The notes below the pieces were generated by a model, which saw only the letters and a list, made by a program, of their open reading frames with translations, did not search any database and was not told the DNA's origin. From Craspedostauros australis (taxonomy: Eukaryota), in contig JALAGF010005797.1 in the NCBI GenBank assembly GCA_030167865.1, positions 1-45,839 on the forward strand: 45,839 nt of DNA, in the 5' to 3' direction. Made by a program: the position numbers and the translations under genes. Below, piece by piece: positions 10,778 to 23,072 of this stretch (within the stretch, counting starts at the first letter, position 1; every line of letters begins with the position of its first letter).

Positions 10778-13423
10778 TCAATTGAATCGGATCTTCTTGT
10801 TCTGGCGGACTTTGCCGGCATCAGGCCGTGTCATGTCCTTCCCAGCCTTCTTGCGCAGCTTCGCGACATTGGTGTTGTCGTCGTCGTTGCTGGCCCACTC
10901 GATGACGAGATGACGTCCGTATAGATGAGTCTTGGACAGAGCAGCCATGCCGGACTCAGCTTCTTTCGTCGTCACGTACTCAACGAACGCAAACCCACGG
11001 TGAGACCCATCGAATTTCTTGGGCAGCCGCACCTTCCGAAGCTGGCCGAATGACCCGAATAGCTTCAACAGCTCCTTGCGAGTTGCTTGGAACGGGACGT
11101 TGCGAACCATGAGTTTCGTGGCGTTCTTCGGTGCCGCCTTCGTCTTTCTGCTGTTCGTCGAGGACGAGGACTTCGCCTGCTTGGAGAATCTCAAGTCCAA
11201 CGCAAAGCCATCCAGGAGCTGGCCTTGTATGCTCTTCAGGGCAGTCCTTGCGCTCTTGTGCGAGTCCAATTCGACGAAGCCGTAGCCCATGGACACAGAC
11301 TGACCCGATGGTGACACCTTCTTCGGTATCCGAACCGAAAGGACCTTGCCCACATCTTCCTTGCCAACGAAGACTGACCGCAACCCAGCCTCAGTCGTTG
11401 CGAAGTTCAGGTTCTTGACGTAGAGGCTGGCAGGCATTCCTTCCGATGTCGCGGCCTCCGCATCTGCTTCTTCTGCGCCACCACTGGAATCTAACGACGA
11501 GCTGTTGGCAGCCGTCTTGGCTGTTGTATCTGCAGCAGTGCTCGCTGCGGTCTTGGATGCCAAGGGTGCCCATTCAAGATATATTGGGACGTGTTTGAAT
11601 CGTTTGTACGCCAGCTTGCGGAAGGCCTGCTTCGCCGCGGATGCATGCGAGTACTCGACGACTGCGATGGTCTTGGACGGTGGAAGAATGATGTTGACGC
11701 TTTCGTTGCCAAAATGGAAAAGCTTCGACAGCTCCTCGACAGATGTATCGTGGGGGAGATTCTTGACCAGCAGAGATGTCTTGCTCCTTTTGATGCCACC
11801 GCTTGTCCTATTGCCATTGCCATTGCCAGCGCCGCCGTCTTCAGCATCGGCACTGGTGTCACCAGCATCAGCATCAGCACCACCAGCAGCAGCGTTATCT
11901 GCTGAGATCAAAACGTCCATGTCGATGCCATGATCCTTGAAGAAGTTTCGATTTTCTTCCACTATCTGCGTTTCGGCCAATGCCAGACGGACAGCAGCGT
12001 CTCCTGAGTCAAGGCCGTCTTTAACACCCAAGAGGTCGCCCTTCTTTATTCCCAACCGCTCCACGATGTTGTCGACGACTGCATCACCACGAACAAAGCT
12101 TGCGGACCAACCTTGGGCGCCGTCCCCGTCCGTTGCGCCGGTCTCTTTCACCTTGCGAAGGTACTCCTGCTTCTGCTTCCAGCTCATTCCCTCCATGTGG
12201 ATAGCGTCATTTGCCGCAGGCGACAGCGACGGTCGAGCCAGCATCACGTTAATGATGCGGCCTTGAAAGTCCTTCGTGTCCAACTGGAATCGTGCATCAT
12301 GTGCCTCTGCCGCGTTCTGAAAGGTGATGAATGCAAACCCTTTGTTCTTCTTCGCGTCATCGACGGGGATGTGGCATTCGATCACGTTGCCGAAGGGCGA
12401 AAAGTGGTCCCGAAGCTCGTCCTCTGTGGTGCCGAATGGCAAGTTCCTCACGAACAGGCGATTCTGAGATTGGGCGTTATCTCGATCTGATACCGAGTCA
12501 TGATCGTCGTCGTCATCATCATCGTCTCCTGCACCATCATCCATGTTGACATCCTTTGGGGCATCTTTGGATGGATCTTCTGATCCTGCCATGCGTTTAG
12601 CCTCAGCGTCCTCCCGAGGCCCGAGTTTGTTGCTCTTTGCATTGTTACCTGCTTCGATTTCATCTTGCATCATCGTATTTCCTGTGCTCAACTGCGTCTT
12701 GGCTGTCTGCTTGGAGCGGAGAAAGTCAAGGTCGCTCATCTTCTTTGGCTCGTTTCCTTCCGGACCCTCGCTGTCGCTCTCATCGTCGCTCCCGCTATCG
12801 CTGCTGTCCTCGCTGTCGCTTTCACTATCACTATTGCTGTCCGATTTATCATTTAGAGAAGGTTTGTTTGCTGACGCGCCTGATGAAGCCTCTTCTGCTG
12901 CGTTGCCTGCGTCGTCAGCCCAGAACTTTGCCTTGTCCTTGCCACCCATAACCTGCAAGAACTCTTCCTTACGACGCTTCACCGCCAGCTCCGCTTCTGT
13001 CAATGACGGTTCTTTGGCGGAATCATCTGGGGCTTCGTTGTCGGCTTTCTCTGCCGAACCATCCGCCTGTGTTCCCAGTCTTGCGCCAGCCTGTGGATCC
13101 TGCTTGACAGCAGCAGGCTCTGCCGAAATGCGACAGGAGCGCAAGTAGGATTTGTGAAAGTACTCGACGACGTGCGAAGCCATGGCAGCGTCCCGGAATC
13201 CAACAAAGCCCACCTTGCGGGATTTCCCCTTGGCATTCCTGAGCACCTTGACATCGGTAACTGTGAGGGGATTCTTGGAATTCGTCGTCAGGAACTCCTT
13301 CAGATCGATCTCGTCCACCTGCGGAGGTAGGTTCTTGATGCACACTCTCGTCGCAGACACCTGCTGCGACTTCTGCGGTGGTTGCTGTCGCCGCCGTTGC
13401 TGCTGCTGCTGCCTCTCTCCCAT
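10778..13423 (-). CDS. RBM19: Multi-RRM pre-rRNA processing protein RBM19/MRD1 (881 aa)
   Basis: Five RRMs (TRVCIKNLP..GFVGF, NRLFVRNLP..KGFAFITF, TSLLVKNLP, SLYVKNLNF..GYGFVE, TKLMVRNVPF..RGFAFVEY); AAVRLALAET and LYGRHLVIEWA motifs; acidic linker. Confidence 0.92.
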   Translation of the reverse strand: MGERQQQQQRRRQQPPQKSQQVSATRVCIKNLPPQVDEIDLKEFLTTNSKNPLTVTDVKVLRNAKGKSRKVGFVGFRDAAMASHVVEYFHKSYLRSCRISAEPAAVKQDPQAGARLGTQADGSAEKADNEAPDDSAKEPSLTEAELAVKRRKEEFLQVMGGKDKAKFWADDAGNAAEEASSGASANKPSLNDKSDSNSDSESDSEDSSDSGSDDESDSEGPEGNEPKKMSDLDFLRSKQTAKTQLSTGNTMMQDEIEAGNNAKSNKLGPREDAEAKRMAGSEDPSKDAPKDVNMDDGAGDDDDDDDDHDSVSDRDNAQSQNRLFVRNLPFGTTEDELRDHFSPFGNVIECHIPVDDAKKNKGFAFITFQNAAEAHDARFQLDTKDFQGRIINVMLARPSLSPAANDAIHMEGMSWKQKQEYLRKVKETGATDGDGAQGWSASFVRGDAVVDNIVERLGIKKGDLLGVKDGLDSGDAAVRLALAETQIVEENRNFFKDHGIDMDVLISADNAAAGGADADAGDTSADAEDGGAGNGNGNRTSGGIKRSKTSLLVKNLPHDTSVEELSKLFHFGNESVNIILPPSKTIAVVEYSHASAAKQAFRKLAYKRFKHVPIYLEWAPLASKTAASTAADTTAKTAANSSSLDSSGGAEEADAEAATSEGMPASLYVKNLNFATTEAGLRSVFVGKEDVGKVLSVRIPKKVSPSGQSVSMGYGFVELDSHKSARTALKSIQGQLLDGFALDLRFSKQAKSSSSTNSRKTKAAPKNATKLMVRNVPFQATRKELLKLFGSFGQLRKVRLPKKFDGSHRGFAFVEYVTTKEAESGMAALSKTHLYGRHLVIEWASNDDDNTNVAKLRKKAGKDMTRPDAGKVRQNKKIRFN

Positions 13424-14034
13424 GGTGGACTGTTGAAATGGATACGGTGTTCGACCTTGATGCTAATGAGTATGGTACTCCTGCGCCATCTATTCGAACA
13501 ATGAACACTTTTGAGGACTCCTGGGCAGAGCGCAACGCGGCAATTGTGACAAGAGCGAGGAAGGCCCACCAGTGTTCGTACAATTTTCTTTTGTTCTTGT
13601 GTTGGTTCCTCCCCACGTTTGTTGCTTCTGTTTTGGTTTGTTGGTGGTTTGGTTGGTGGGTTGGTTGGTTGGTGGGTTGTGCGGGACACGATCAGTTTTG
13701 GAGTCATGGTTTTTCTCTCTAAGATACATGCGGTAGACGGACTGACAAGAGGCTGCAATCTGCTCGTGGCTCCAGGCAATCCCCGAGGTATCTCTCTCTC
13801 TCTGATCCAGACCACAGAGATGCCTATTCTACATACGCATGTACGACTATGGTAATAGTATTATTGCTCGTGGAGTATGGTGTGGTAGCTTTCTGATGCG
13901 TACGGTATCAAGAAGCAGAGGTCGATGTTGTCGACTATCGTATCATGCTCGTGTTTCACTCTAGACTACCATTCTGCGCCTCGTCACCTCTACACGAGAG
14001 AGTATTCGTATGATACCTAAGAACGGAAACGATC

Positions 14035-16227
14035 TTACTCTGCAACGACATCCCAAGCCTGGGCCTTGGAGTAGTGCGGGCCTTGTCCTATGAACAATTC
14101 CATCTTGCGTTGCACAGGTTCTGCGAGCAGCCCCCCGGCTACTCGGTGGACGACCTTGGTGAGTTCGAACTTGGCAACGCGGCAGCCCGGGGTCGGTTCA
14201 TGGCCGCGCAGCAGCAACCACTCCATCATATCCAGCGATTTTTGCGTGTCTCTGCTGCTGTTGCTGCCTACGTCGTCGCGCTGGGACGTGTCCGGCGAAA
14301 CAGGTTTGGACCCCAGGACGATTTGCGCGCCTGCAACGCCGCAGGTGTCCACAAACGCGGTCAGCAAAGCATAGCATGCTGATCGGATTTCGGGAATGGG
14401 GGATGCTGCCCACTGTAAAATAAGTTCCGTTGTGGAGCTCGCAATTCTACTTCTCGGTCCTTGTTCCGTCAAGATCAGCATGTACAACTTTTGAAGATAT
14501 TGCGTATGCTCTGAGCGTGCTGTTGCCAAGGCAGATGCCGCCGCCAACGCCGATGCTGATCCGTGAAGACCCGAAATGATCGTCGGGTCGAAGGCTCGCG
14601 CTATGCTCAGGAGCTGCGCTGCCTTGAGCTTCGACTGTCTTGCTGGTAAGATGTTCAGCCATGCATTGCGGAGGACATTGTCGTCGAGAATTCCGCGCAA
14701 GGCATCGGTGTTCGGTGCCGCGAGAGACGAGATGGCGTCCCAGAGCGATAGCTGTTCGGCGTCTTGCAGCGATGAATCTTCGCGAGCAAATTGATGCAAC
14801 GCAGAAGAGAAAGCGGAAAGAAGCCTTGTTGGGGAAACTGCCAGCGGCGCCCTGGAAATGCCCACCCCACCGTCCAGCACGTGCGTGCCAGGGCTTGACC
14901 CAGTCTCTGATCCTACCTCCATTTCCATTTCCACTTCATCGTCGTCCGTTTCCATTTGTGCGCCCATCTCGGTTTGTGACCGTGCCAGGAGCACCCTGCA
15001 AAGTCCTGACAGCACGCAAAGCGCCGAACCGCCCAGGATGGGGTCGATCTCTTCCACGATCATGGTCGTTTGCATTTGCTCTTCATTCGCTGAAGACGAC
15101 GAGGGCGACGACAACGGCGCGACGCCACAAAACTGAAGGATGGGGTTGAGCAGGGGCTCCGACAAGAGCCAATCCTGCCAATGCAATGACAGCGTGGGGG
15201 CTGACATCGCCAACTTTTCCACCAAATCGAGCACGGATATCTGAAGCAGCGGGTCTGAGCTATCATTCATCATGGCGAGGAAGTTGGTTGAGCAAACCTG
15301 ACTCGATTGGACCAAACACTGATCGCCACGGGCGTCCATCGTATCGCCGTTGGCGTTGGCGTTGATGCCGGTATCGATGCTGGCTGCCGTGTCGCCCTCC
15401 AGCATCCAATCGATCCACAGTGTGGCTGCGCGTATCGCGACAACGGACGCCTGTCGTCTCCTGTCCTTCTCTTTGCCATAGCGCATGGCATGCAGCTGTG
15501 ATTCCCACAGGATCGCCAGCGCGTCTACAAGGTGCGCGCGAAGGCCCGAGAATAGCCGCATGCAGTCGAGCGCGGATGACCTGGAGGCATCCGATATCTG
15601 CACATCCTCTGAGCAGCACGTCTGCTGGACAAGTAAATGGACCAGCTGAGGTGGGGGCATCGATAATACAGCTGCTGCTGCTGCTGTTGCTGCTGCTGTT
15701 GCTGCTGTTGGCGGAGACCCTGCCTGTGATACCTCGCGATCCTGGTCGCGAGTCAAGTTTGGGTCCGAGGTTGCGGTGGAATCGTTTCTTTGCGTCTCCT
15801 TGCCACGTCCCTTCTTTGCATGGAAGCTTGTGAACGTTCGCAATGTCTGGATGGCCGGGCGGATGTACTTCTTGGAGTCCAACATCCCCAGCGTCGTGAT
15901 TATGCGAAGACCAGAATCAGGCGTGAGAGAAGCTTCGGTCGCAGCTGCCGTTGTCGTGCCTGGTGAGTTGGCCACTGTTTCCGGGCGGAACAACGTTGGA
16001 ACAAGGTACGCAAACAGATCCATGGGATCCGGGTGTGCGGTGGACGTTGAAAAGTGATCCTGCTGAATCCTCAGAACATCTGCGGCTGTCACCGCTGCCG
16101 TCGTTGATGTTGCTGTTGACGACGATGCGCTTGACCCAGACCCAGCCACCGCAGCATCGAGTTCATGGCCCAGGGCGACGCAAAATGCGTGTATCTGCTG
16201 ATTGTCAATCGGCATTGGTACTGCCAT
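14035..16227 (-). CDS. PSMD5: 26S proteasome assembly chaperone PSMD5/Hsm3-like ARM-repeat protein (about 730 aa)
   Basis: DPLLQISVLDLVEKLA, SPIPEIRSACYALLTAF, EPTPGCRVAKFELTKVV and C-terminal FIGQGPHY resemble conserved PSMD5 blocks as recalled. Start placed at MAVPMPIDN (16227), not the ORF-track start at 17049. Confidence 0.7.
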   Translation of the reverse strand: MAVPMPIDNQQIHAFCVALGHELDAAVAGSGSSASSSTATSTTAAVTAADVLRIQQDHFSTSTAHPDPMDLFAYLVPTLFRPETVANSPGTTTAAATEASLTPDSGLRIITTLGMLDSKKYIRPAIQTLRTFTSFHAKKGRGKETQRNDSTATSDPNLTRDQDREVSQAGSPPTAATAAATAAAAAVLSMPPPQLVHLLVQQTCCSEDVQISDASRSSALDCMRLFSGLRAHLVDALAILWESQLHAMRYGKEKDRRRQASVVAIRAATLWIDWMLEGDTAASIDTGINANANGDTMDARGDQCLVQSSQVCSTNFLAMMNDSSDPLLQISVLDLVEKLAMSAPTLSLHWQDWLLSEPLLNPILQFCGVAPLSSPSSSSANEEQMQTTMIVEEIDPILGGSALCVLSGLCRVLLARSQTEMGAQMETDDDEVEMEMEVGSETGSSPGTHVLDGGVGISRAPLAVSPTRLLSAFSSALHQFAREDSSLQDAEQLSLWDAISSLAAPNTDALRGILDDNVLRNAWLNILPARQSKLKAAQLLSIARAFDPTIISGLHGSASALAAASALATARSEHTQYLQKLYMLILTEQGPRSRIASSTTELILQWAASPIPEIRSACYALLTAFVDTCGVAGAQIVLGSKPVSPDTSQRDDVGSNSSRDTQKSLDMMEWLLLRGHEPTPGCRVAKFELTKVVHRVAGGLLAEPVQRKMELFIGQGPHYSKAQAWDVVAE

Positions 16228-16370
16228 TGCCTGTGTCGAAGAAATCGACCGAAAGGGAACCTGAAGGGTGTACAACCTCTTCCTGTTGGTGGTCGTGGTT
16301 GTGGAATTGTTGAAAGGTATGAGCGCTATTGAATCGCAGAGTACAACTACGTGCGAGGACCCCTGATTGG

Positions 16371-16394
16371 AGAGAGAGAGAGAGAGAGAGAGAG
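16371..16394. repeat. (AG)12 microsatellite in the divergent PSMD5/G6PDH intergenic region
   Basis: Read directly. Confidence 0.9.
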
Positions 16395-17190
16395 GGATTG
16401 TGGCTCTCCGGGGGAGAAGCGAATGAGGACGCCCGTGCGGTGCTTGTTGACTTTCCTCAGAGCCTCTCTGCCTGTGTCTCTCGCAGCGCCTTCCGATTCG
16501 AAGGCGATGGAATCGTTTCGATGTTTCGTGCACAACAACTACGCAGTTGTGATGTTGAGTATCTTCGACTCCATGGACCGCTTTGATTGCAAGAAGGTGG
16601 CCGGTGTCGAACTTGTCCGCGACCATTCGCAACACACAACCGAATCTCCGTTGCACCGGTGAGGTTTGGTGTATCCGTAGCAACAGGAAAAGAACAGTTT
16701 GGAAGATCCAGAGAACTCCGCCCTGACAACGATCCCCCGGAAGGGCCAAGAGGGGAAGAACAAAAGGGTGCTGGTGTCGGGGTTGGTGTTCCCAACAGAG
16801 AGAATGAGAAACGTGGCTTGGGCTGGGATGTCCCATGAGGGGAATAGCCACACGCGCAGAACGGCTGGCCTCCCTACGAAGAGAGGTTGACGACTCCAGG
16901 AGGAGCATCCGTACTATTCTATTACATCCTCGTCGGTCGTATCCATACTCGTACTCACACAACGCACACAATTGCACATCGCCATACCCATTCTGACAGT
17001 CCCATAAAACCACAAATTGCTTGGCCATACTCGTATTGGTATCAAACATACAGAGACACCAACTCTGGCTGCCACCATCATCATCAGCCTCAGCATCAGC
17101 ATCAGCCTCAGCATCAGCCTCCCCCTCACCATCACCGCCTCACAACATCCAAACACGAGGACAGACACAAACGAACAGTGGGTAAACACC

Positions 17191-19105
17191 ATGTCGAAAG
17201 AGCAAGACTTCCACGAAAATCTGGCCACATCCACCCTGTCGGTGGTGGTCGTCGGGGCATCAGGAGACCTGGCCAAGAAGAAGACCTACCCGAGTCTCCT
17301 CAACCTGTACGCCGACAAGCTGCTCCCAGCGAACGTCAAGATCTGGGGGTTCGCTCGTTCCGATCTCACCAACGAGCAGCTGCACGAACGCTTGCGACCC
17401 TTCCTGCAAAAAGGCACTCACGAGGAGGATGTCATCGAGGCCTTCCTGGCGAACCACTGCGTGTACAAGTCTGGAACGAGCTACGGTGACGAGCAGGCCT
17501 TCTCGGCGATGAAGGATGACATCGAGACCTTCGAGCAATCCACCAAGAGCGACGACGCCACTTCTGGCGCAGTCGTCCAGCTCAACCGCCTGTACTACTT
17601 CGCCATCCCACCATCCGCGTTCGCTGACACGGCTACGGCCATCAACAAGACGTCGATGCAAGATCCGTCCAAGGGTTGGACGAGGCTCATCGTGGAGAAG
17701 CCGTTTGGGCGGGACTTGTCCAGCTTCGAGGAGCTCAACAAAACCTTGAGCACCCAGTTCACAGAGGACCACCTGTACCGTATCGACCACTACCTCGGGA
17801 AGGAGCTGGTGCAGAACCTCACAGTCCTGCGCTTCGCCAACATTTGGTTGGAACGGATCTGGAACAAGGACAACATCCAATCGGTCATCCTCACCTTCAA
17901 GGAGCCATTTGGCACGGACGGGCGCGGCGGTTACTTCGACCAGTACGGTATCATCCGTGACATCTTGCAAAACCACCTCCTGCAAGTGCTCACCCTGGTT
18001 GCGATGGAGACTCCGTCACAACTGATTGGTCCGATGGCCGGAAAGGCCATCCGCGACGCCAAGGTCGGTGTGCTCAACGCCATCAACCCCATCGAGTTAG
18101 GAGACGTTTTGCTTGGACAATACGAGGGATACGCCGGTAAGTGATCGCGCGTTCCTCGTGCCACCTACCAATACATCATCCAGGTGTGGCACGGAGTTTG
18201 AAACAAGGTGTTGTTGGCGTTGTCGTTATTTCTAGCGTCGGCGTTGGCGCTCCCAGCGGGTTGAGCATTTCCTGCTTCGCCACTGGCTATCGACATACCC
18301 CGCAAATTGCGCACTCACCCACCCACCCACACCATCCGTCCAACATTGGACTGACCGACGACCGACCGATCGATCTACAAAATCACCTTCCATACACCCA
18401 CACTCGTACATGCGCATATTGTATTACATCTCTGAATGCTTCGGCTTCTCCGCGCTTTGGATTGCTTCGCTTCGCTCGTTTCGGCATCAACGCATTCCCT
18501 GAACAACGACAGATGATCCGACTATCACCAACAAGGATACAAATACGCCCACGTTTGCTGTGATTCACCTGAAGATCAACACGCCTCGTTGGCACGGGGT
18601 GCCATTTATCCTGAAGGCGGGCAAGGCGTTGAATGAGCGTAAGGCAGAGATGAGGATCCAGTTCAAGGATGCTCCTGCCGGGCAGTTCCTTTTCCAGTCC
18701 AAGTCATGCCCACGCAACGAGCTGGTGATGCGAATGCAACCGAACGAGGCCATGTACTTGAAGACCAATGTCAAGAAGCCTGGGTTCGACGCCACGCCTG
18801 TCCAAAGCGAGCTCGAGATCAACTACGACACCCGCTTTTTCAAGGACGGCGAGGACAAGGCGACCGCGAACCCCGATGCCTACACCCGTCTCATCCTGGA
18901 CGTGCTGCAAGGTAAGCAAGGTGCATTCGTTCGCGATGACGAACTGCGCAGGGCCTGGGAAATCTTCACGCCTGTCCTGCACAAGATCGAGAATGACAAT
19001 GTCCAACCAATCAAGTACAAGACGGGCGGACGTGGCCCAGAGGAGGCCGACACTTTCATCGCAGAACGTGCTGGCTACGTGCGCAACCTGGACTACACCT
19101 ACTAG
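17191..19105 (+). CDS. G6PD: Glucose-6-phosphate 1-dehydrogenase, cytosolic; 2 exons (17191-18136, 18513-19105), 512 aa
   Basis: GASGDLAKKKTYP, EKPFG, RIDHYLGKE, GIIRDILQNHL and PRWHGVPFILKAGKAL. GT-AG intron 18137-18512 restores YADDPTITNKDTNTPTFA. No targeting peptide. Confidence 0.97.
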
Positions 19106-20257
19106 GCCACCTTGCGAATGGTCTGAGAGCGGACACAAGCTGCCAACGTTTGGACTACGATCGTGGGCACTGGACCTGATCGAATGCATTGGATGGGAGA
19201 TAGCAATGGATAGGCCCACTCTTACGAGTACTCTAGTACATACACTGCAGGGCACGCTGGAAACAGTAAGAAGACACACATGCTCCAGTATCAAGAGAGG
19301 AGGCACCTTCGGCTCAAGACCTTCTAGGCACATTCTTGGATTCAGACATCGATCCATCGCAACTTGGCGAAAGGATGGAGTCGAATGGAGCATATGACAC
19401 CAGTAGCACCATGCACATACCATGGATGAATGGTCTCCAAAGAGAGAGAAAGAGAGAGAGTAATAGACTTATCACCCTGCTGTTCCTTTTCCTGTGCGCG
19501 TACAAGTTATGCTTTCCACTGAGAGATGCGTTTGTGGGGCTCCAACCAGGAGTCCATTATTACACACTCTACTCACAGAGACAGAGAGATTGACACAGTA
19601 GGCATGCACGTAGCTGTTTCCTGGGGGTATCACTTACTTTCACTCAGCGAAAGCGAAAAATGAAATCGCACCAGAACAACCCTGGCCTTGTTTGCCAATT
19701 GTCGGAGCGTCTTGAATCCCTCTTTGCGCTGCAGTTGCCTATGGCGCATACTCTGCAAAGTCTACTCTCCCCAGAGAAAGAGAGAGAGAGAGATTGAGAG
19801 TACTCTGCTCCCTAGTTTGCCCTACTATGGCACTCCATGCCAGCCGATGACAGACAGGAGGCGGAAGTACTTGTGTTTCGAGCCCACTTCTCAAGCGTGA
19901 TGTGCGCAGAATCAGCAGAGGACAGCAAGTCTGAAGTTGGATGCGCGGATGCTCCCCTCTACCAATAGTTGTTTACAAGCATGTGCTCTTACGTCTCTCC
20001 AGAGAGTCTCATGGTCGATCGTCCAGTCAATTAGTCGATCCATCCAGGGTGGAGTGCGCACAGAGCGCTCGTTGGTACATGGAGCAATACGTCTTTCATG
20101 AAGTGCACTAATGCTTATTTGTCTGTTTGCTCGTTCTTCTCGCATTCATTGCGTGTTTTATATCTGGGTACCTGTGCGTTGTTCGCTAGAATGTATCGGA
20201 GTCGAAGATGTCCCACACAACGACGAAGTTCCATGCCCGATGATGTGGCGGGGCCGC

Positions 20258-23072
20258 TCAGTCGCACTTGACACGAGAATAGATGTACTTCACAAACAGC
20301 AAACTGAACTGGAATCCAGCGCTTCCAAGCATGAGGAAGAAAGCGAAGGAGACAACAGCCATGTACCCGAAGTAGAACGAGGTTTGCAGCAAACCTGTCA
20401 TTCCACTGCGATGGAAGTAGTAGTAGAAGGAATACAGGTAGATGAAGATTCCTGTCATTCCTCCGTTGGTGTACGCTGCCCACCACCAACGATGGTCCTC
20501 TCTCGCGAGTTGGAAGTACAGGAGGGCGACGGTGATGAAGGATGTCACGATGATGAGAAGGATGAATGCAATCATCAACACGCCGAATAGAGTGTAGAAT
20601 TGGTGTCCCCACATGGACGCAAAGATGTAGTGAAGCTCGATGTAGATGGCGGAGAAAGGCAGGAATCCGGCGATGAGGATTTGGAATGGACGTCCTCTGT
20701 ACCATGGAATCTCGGTTGGGATCTCCCGAGCCACCTTGGTTGTTCTGGTCGGAGCGCCGAAGTCTTTGCTGGCGTAGTTCTTGGCTACAATTCCGCCAAA
20801 CACAGTCAGAGGGAATGCCAGCAGCGTGAACAGCGCCGCGATGGTGAGGATTGCCGTGAATGGAAGAGCGCTGGTAGAACCGTGCGCCATGGCCAGAGAA
20901 TTGACCCACATGAACACCAATACGACTGGGGTTGGGAAGAGCCCGGCAGTGACGAGGATGCACTGCACCCAGTTCTCGCCCTTCATCTTGCGGTGCATTC
21001 TCACAGCCGAGTAACCTGCGACGACTGAGGTGAGACAATACAGGACGACCACGCCTGCAAGTAGAGACCCTCGCCTTGTTGTGGAAATCAGCCCAGTGAG
21101 TGCCAAAGTCAAATGGCAGAACGTGACGACAATGAGCTGGTTGCCAACACCGAGAGCTGCGCAGAAGATCGTGACGTGCTGCGGGAAGCGGAAGACATCT
21201 CCATGGATGAGCTTCCAGCCGGACTGTGTAGCGTCATGAATTCCCGCGGGTACGATGTATCGCCAGCACGCACCGCAGCATAAAGCGTGGCACGTCAAAA
21301 GTGGATGGGGGAATGGACGCGTTCAGATGGAGTACATCGAGTCGGTGAGCGTGATGGTGAAGTAGGGAACATAGGCAAAAGTGCGTATTGATGGGAATCC
21401 CTACCCTCAACACAAATGTGACTCCAACTGTTTGATCGATTGGATATGGGCGCCCGCAGGCAATGGCGACGATGCCTTCAACAAGGGTTGTTGAATGGCT
21501 GGACGGTCTAACATATGCGGCACTTACCTCCTCTTCCTCCATCGTGTCGTCGTCCAACTCCATGTAGCGAGAAAAATCATTCTTGAGCACACGCAGCAGA
21601 ATGATGGTCAGGAATGCGGTGAGCAAGAGCACCAGCACAAAAGAGTTGATGATGGAGAGCCAGTGGATTTCGAATGATCTCGGCAAGAATCTGGATGCTT
21701 CGTACGGCGCTCTGCGATCCTTCCAGGCAAGGCTCATCTCCTTGAATTCCACGGAGTAAGAAAACTCGACCTCTTGTTCCACATCGACTTTAGTGATGTC
21801 GACGCGACGTAACGGCTGTATTTGGAAGCATGGGGGATTGGAGATGGAATACGAGATTGCTGTGAGTTAGGAGGAAGCACCAATTTACTAGAGATCCAAG
21901 GACACCATGCGAGTATGGGATACAATTTTGGCAGTCATGGCATCATTGGCAGCGCGAAAGCTGATCGCAGCAGAGCGTGTGTGGACGAGGATCTCACGCA
22001 TTGCGGCAGTGAACTGAATGCCACCGGCATCGTGGACATCAACAACATCGATTCCCTCACAACCGCTCCCACCTCGGACTTACATCCGTTGTGACATTGA
22101 CACCGACGATCTGGTTCTTGTTGTAGCCGATGTGGAACTTCAGGTGCGGGAAAAGGAATGTTTTGCTTCCATCAACCTCTCCGACGAGAATATTTTCGTC
22201 CTCCGTGTCACCGATGTATCCCCACATCGGCAGGTCTTCAATGAACATTTCGAAGAAGTAGTTGTTGTGGATGACGTCCTTGAACTTTGCCAAGTCCTTG
22301 GTGGAGAGCTTCTTTTTGCACAGCAAACGCCACTCAACGCTCTTCATGAAGCTGACTTCGTAGGGAGAGCTCATGCGGCGATCACCGACGATGGATTCGC
22401 CAAGTCTCTGGCGGTGCTGTTGGCCTCCAGCATTCCTCAGGCTGCTGCTCTGCTCGGGCAGTTCCACTGCCAGCTTTTGGGCTGTCTCCTTTTCTTCCTC
22501 CTTGGTGGAATGCTCAGCACAGAATGGCAACGAGTAGTACTTGTACGTCTCCGTTGGGTTGTTGAACGGGCTTGAGAAAAAAGGACAGCGATGGCATCGA
22601 ACCGTGCAGCGTGAGAAGAGGGAGCAGAAAGCAAGCGTCGCAGAGGGTGTGAGTTGACTCAGCAGTACGCGGCACATGCGTAGCACGAGTTGGGCAGAGC
22701 ATCAATTTGGATGATCCATGTACGGAGTGGATGTACAGGTGCATGCGCATGTTCGCTGCGTATCGGAGACTGATCATCAGACATACATACATACATACAT
22801 ACATACATACATACATACATGTCAATCCATGACAGTACGGTGGATGGGGCCTCGGCTCGCTTTGCGTGAATGATCAGCAACCAGCGTTTGCTCGTTGAGC
22901 AGGACTCGGTTCGAATCAACTGAACTCACCCAACCTTGTTCACCACGATCTGGACTGGGTCATTCTCTCTGTAGAACTTTCCAGCCTGCACTCGTTGGAT
23001 CTTCTTTGCATCCACGAGTCCTTCGGGGAGGACCGCGGTGGCGGCGAGGAGAAGGAACAGGGGCAGCTTCAT
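20258..23072 (-). CDS. Transmembrane 9 superfamily (nonaspanin/EMP70, TM9SF1-like); 4 exons (23072-22930, 22570-22084, 21815-21528, 21223-20258), 627 aa
   Basis: Signal peptide MKLPLFLLLAATAVL; NKVGPFNNPTETYKYYSLPFC; FIEDLPMWGYIG; EIHWLSIINSFVLV; EEESGWKLIHGDVFRFP; AGFLPFSAIYIEL; EDHRWWW; C-terminal IYSRVKCD (KxD). All three introns are GT-AG and keep the frame. Confidence 0.95.
22781..22820. repeat. (ACAT)10 microsatellite in TM9SF intron 1
   Basis: Read directly. Confidence 0.95.

Noticed and set aside
22850..22925. tRNA suggested by GGTTCGAATC
   Set aside because: Flanks do not form a T-stem or acceptor stem; it lies in TM9SF intron 1.
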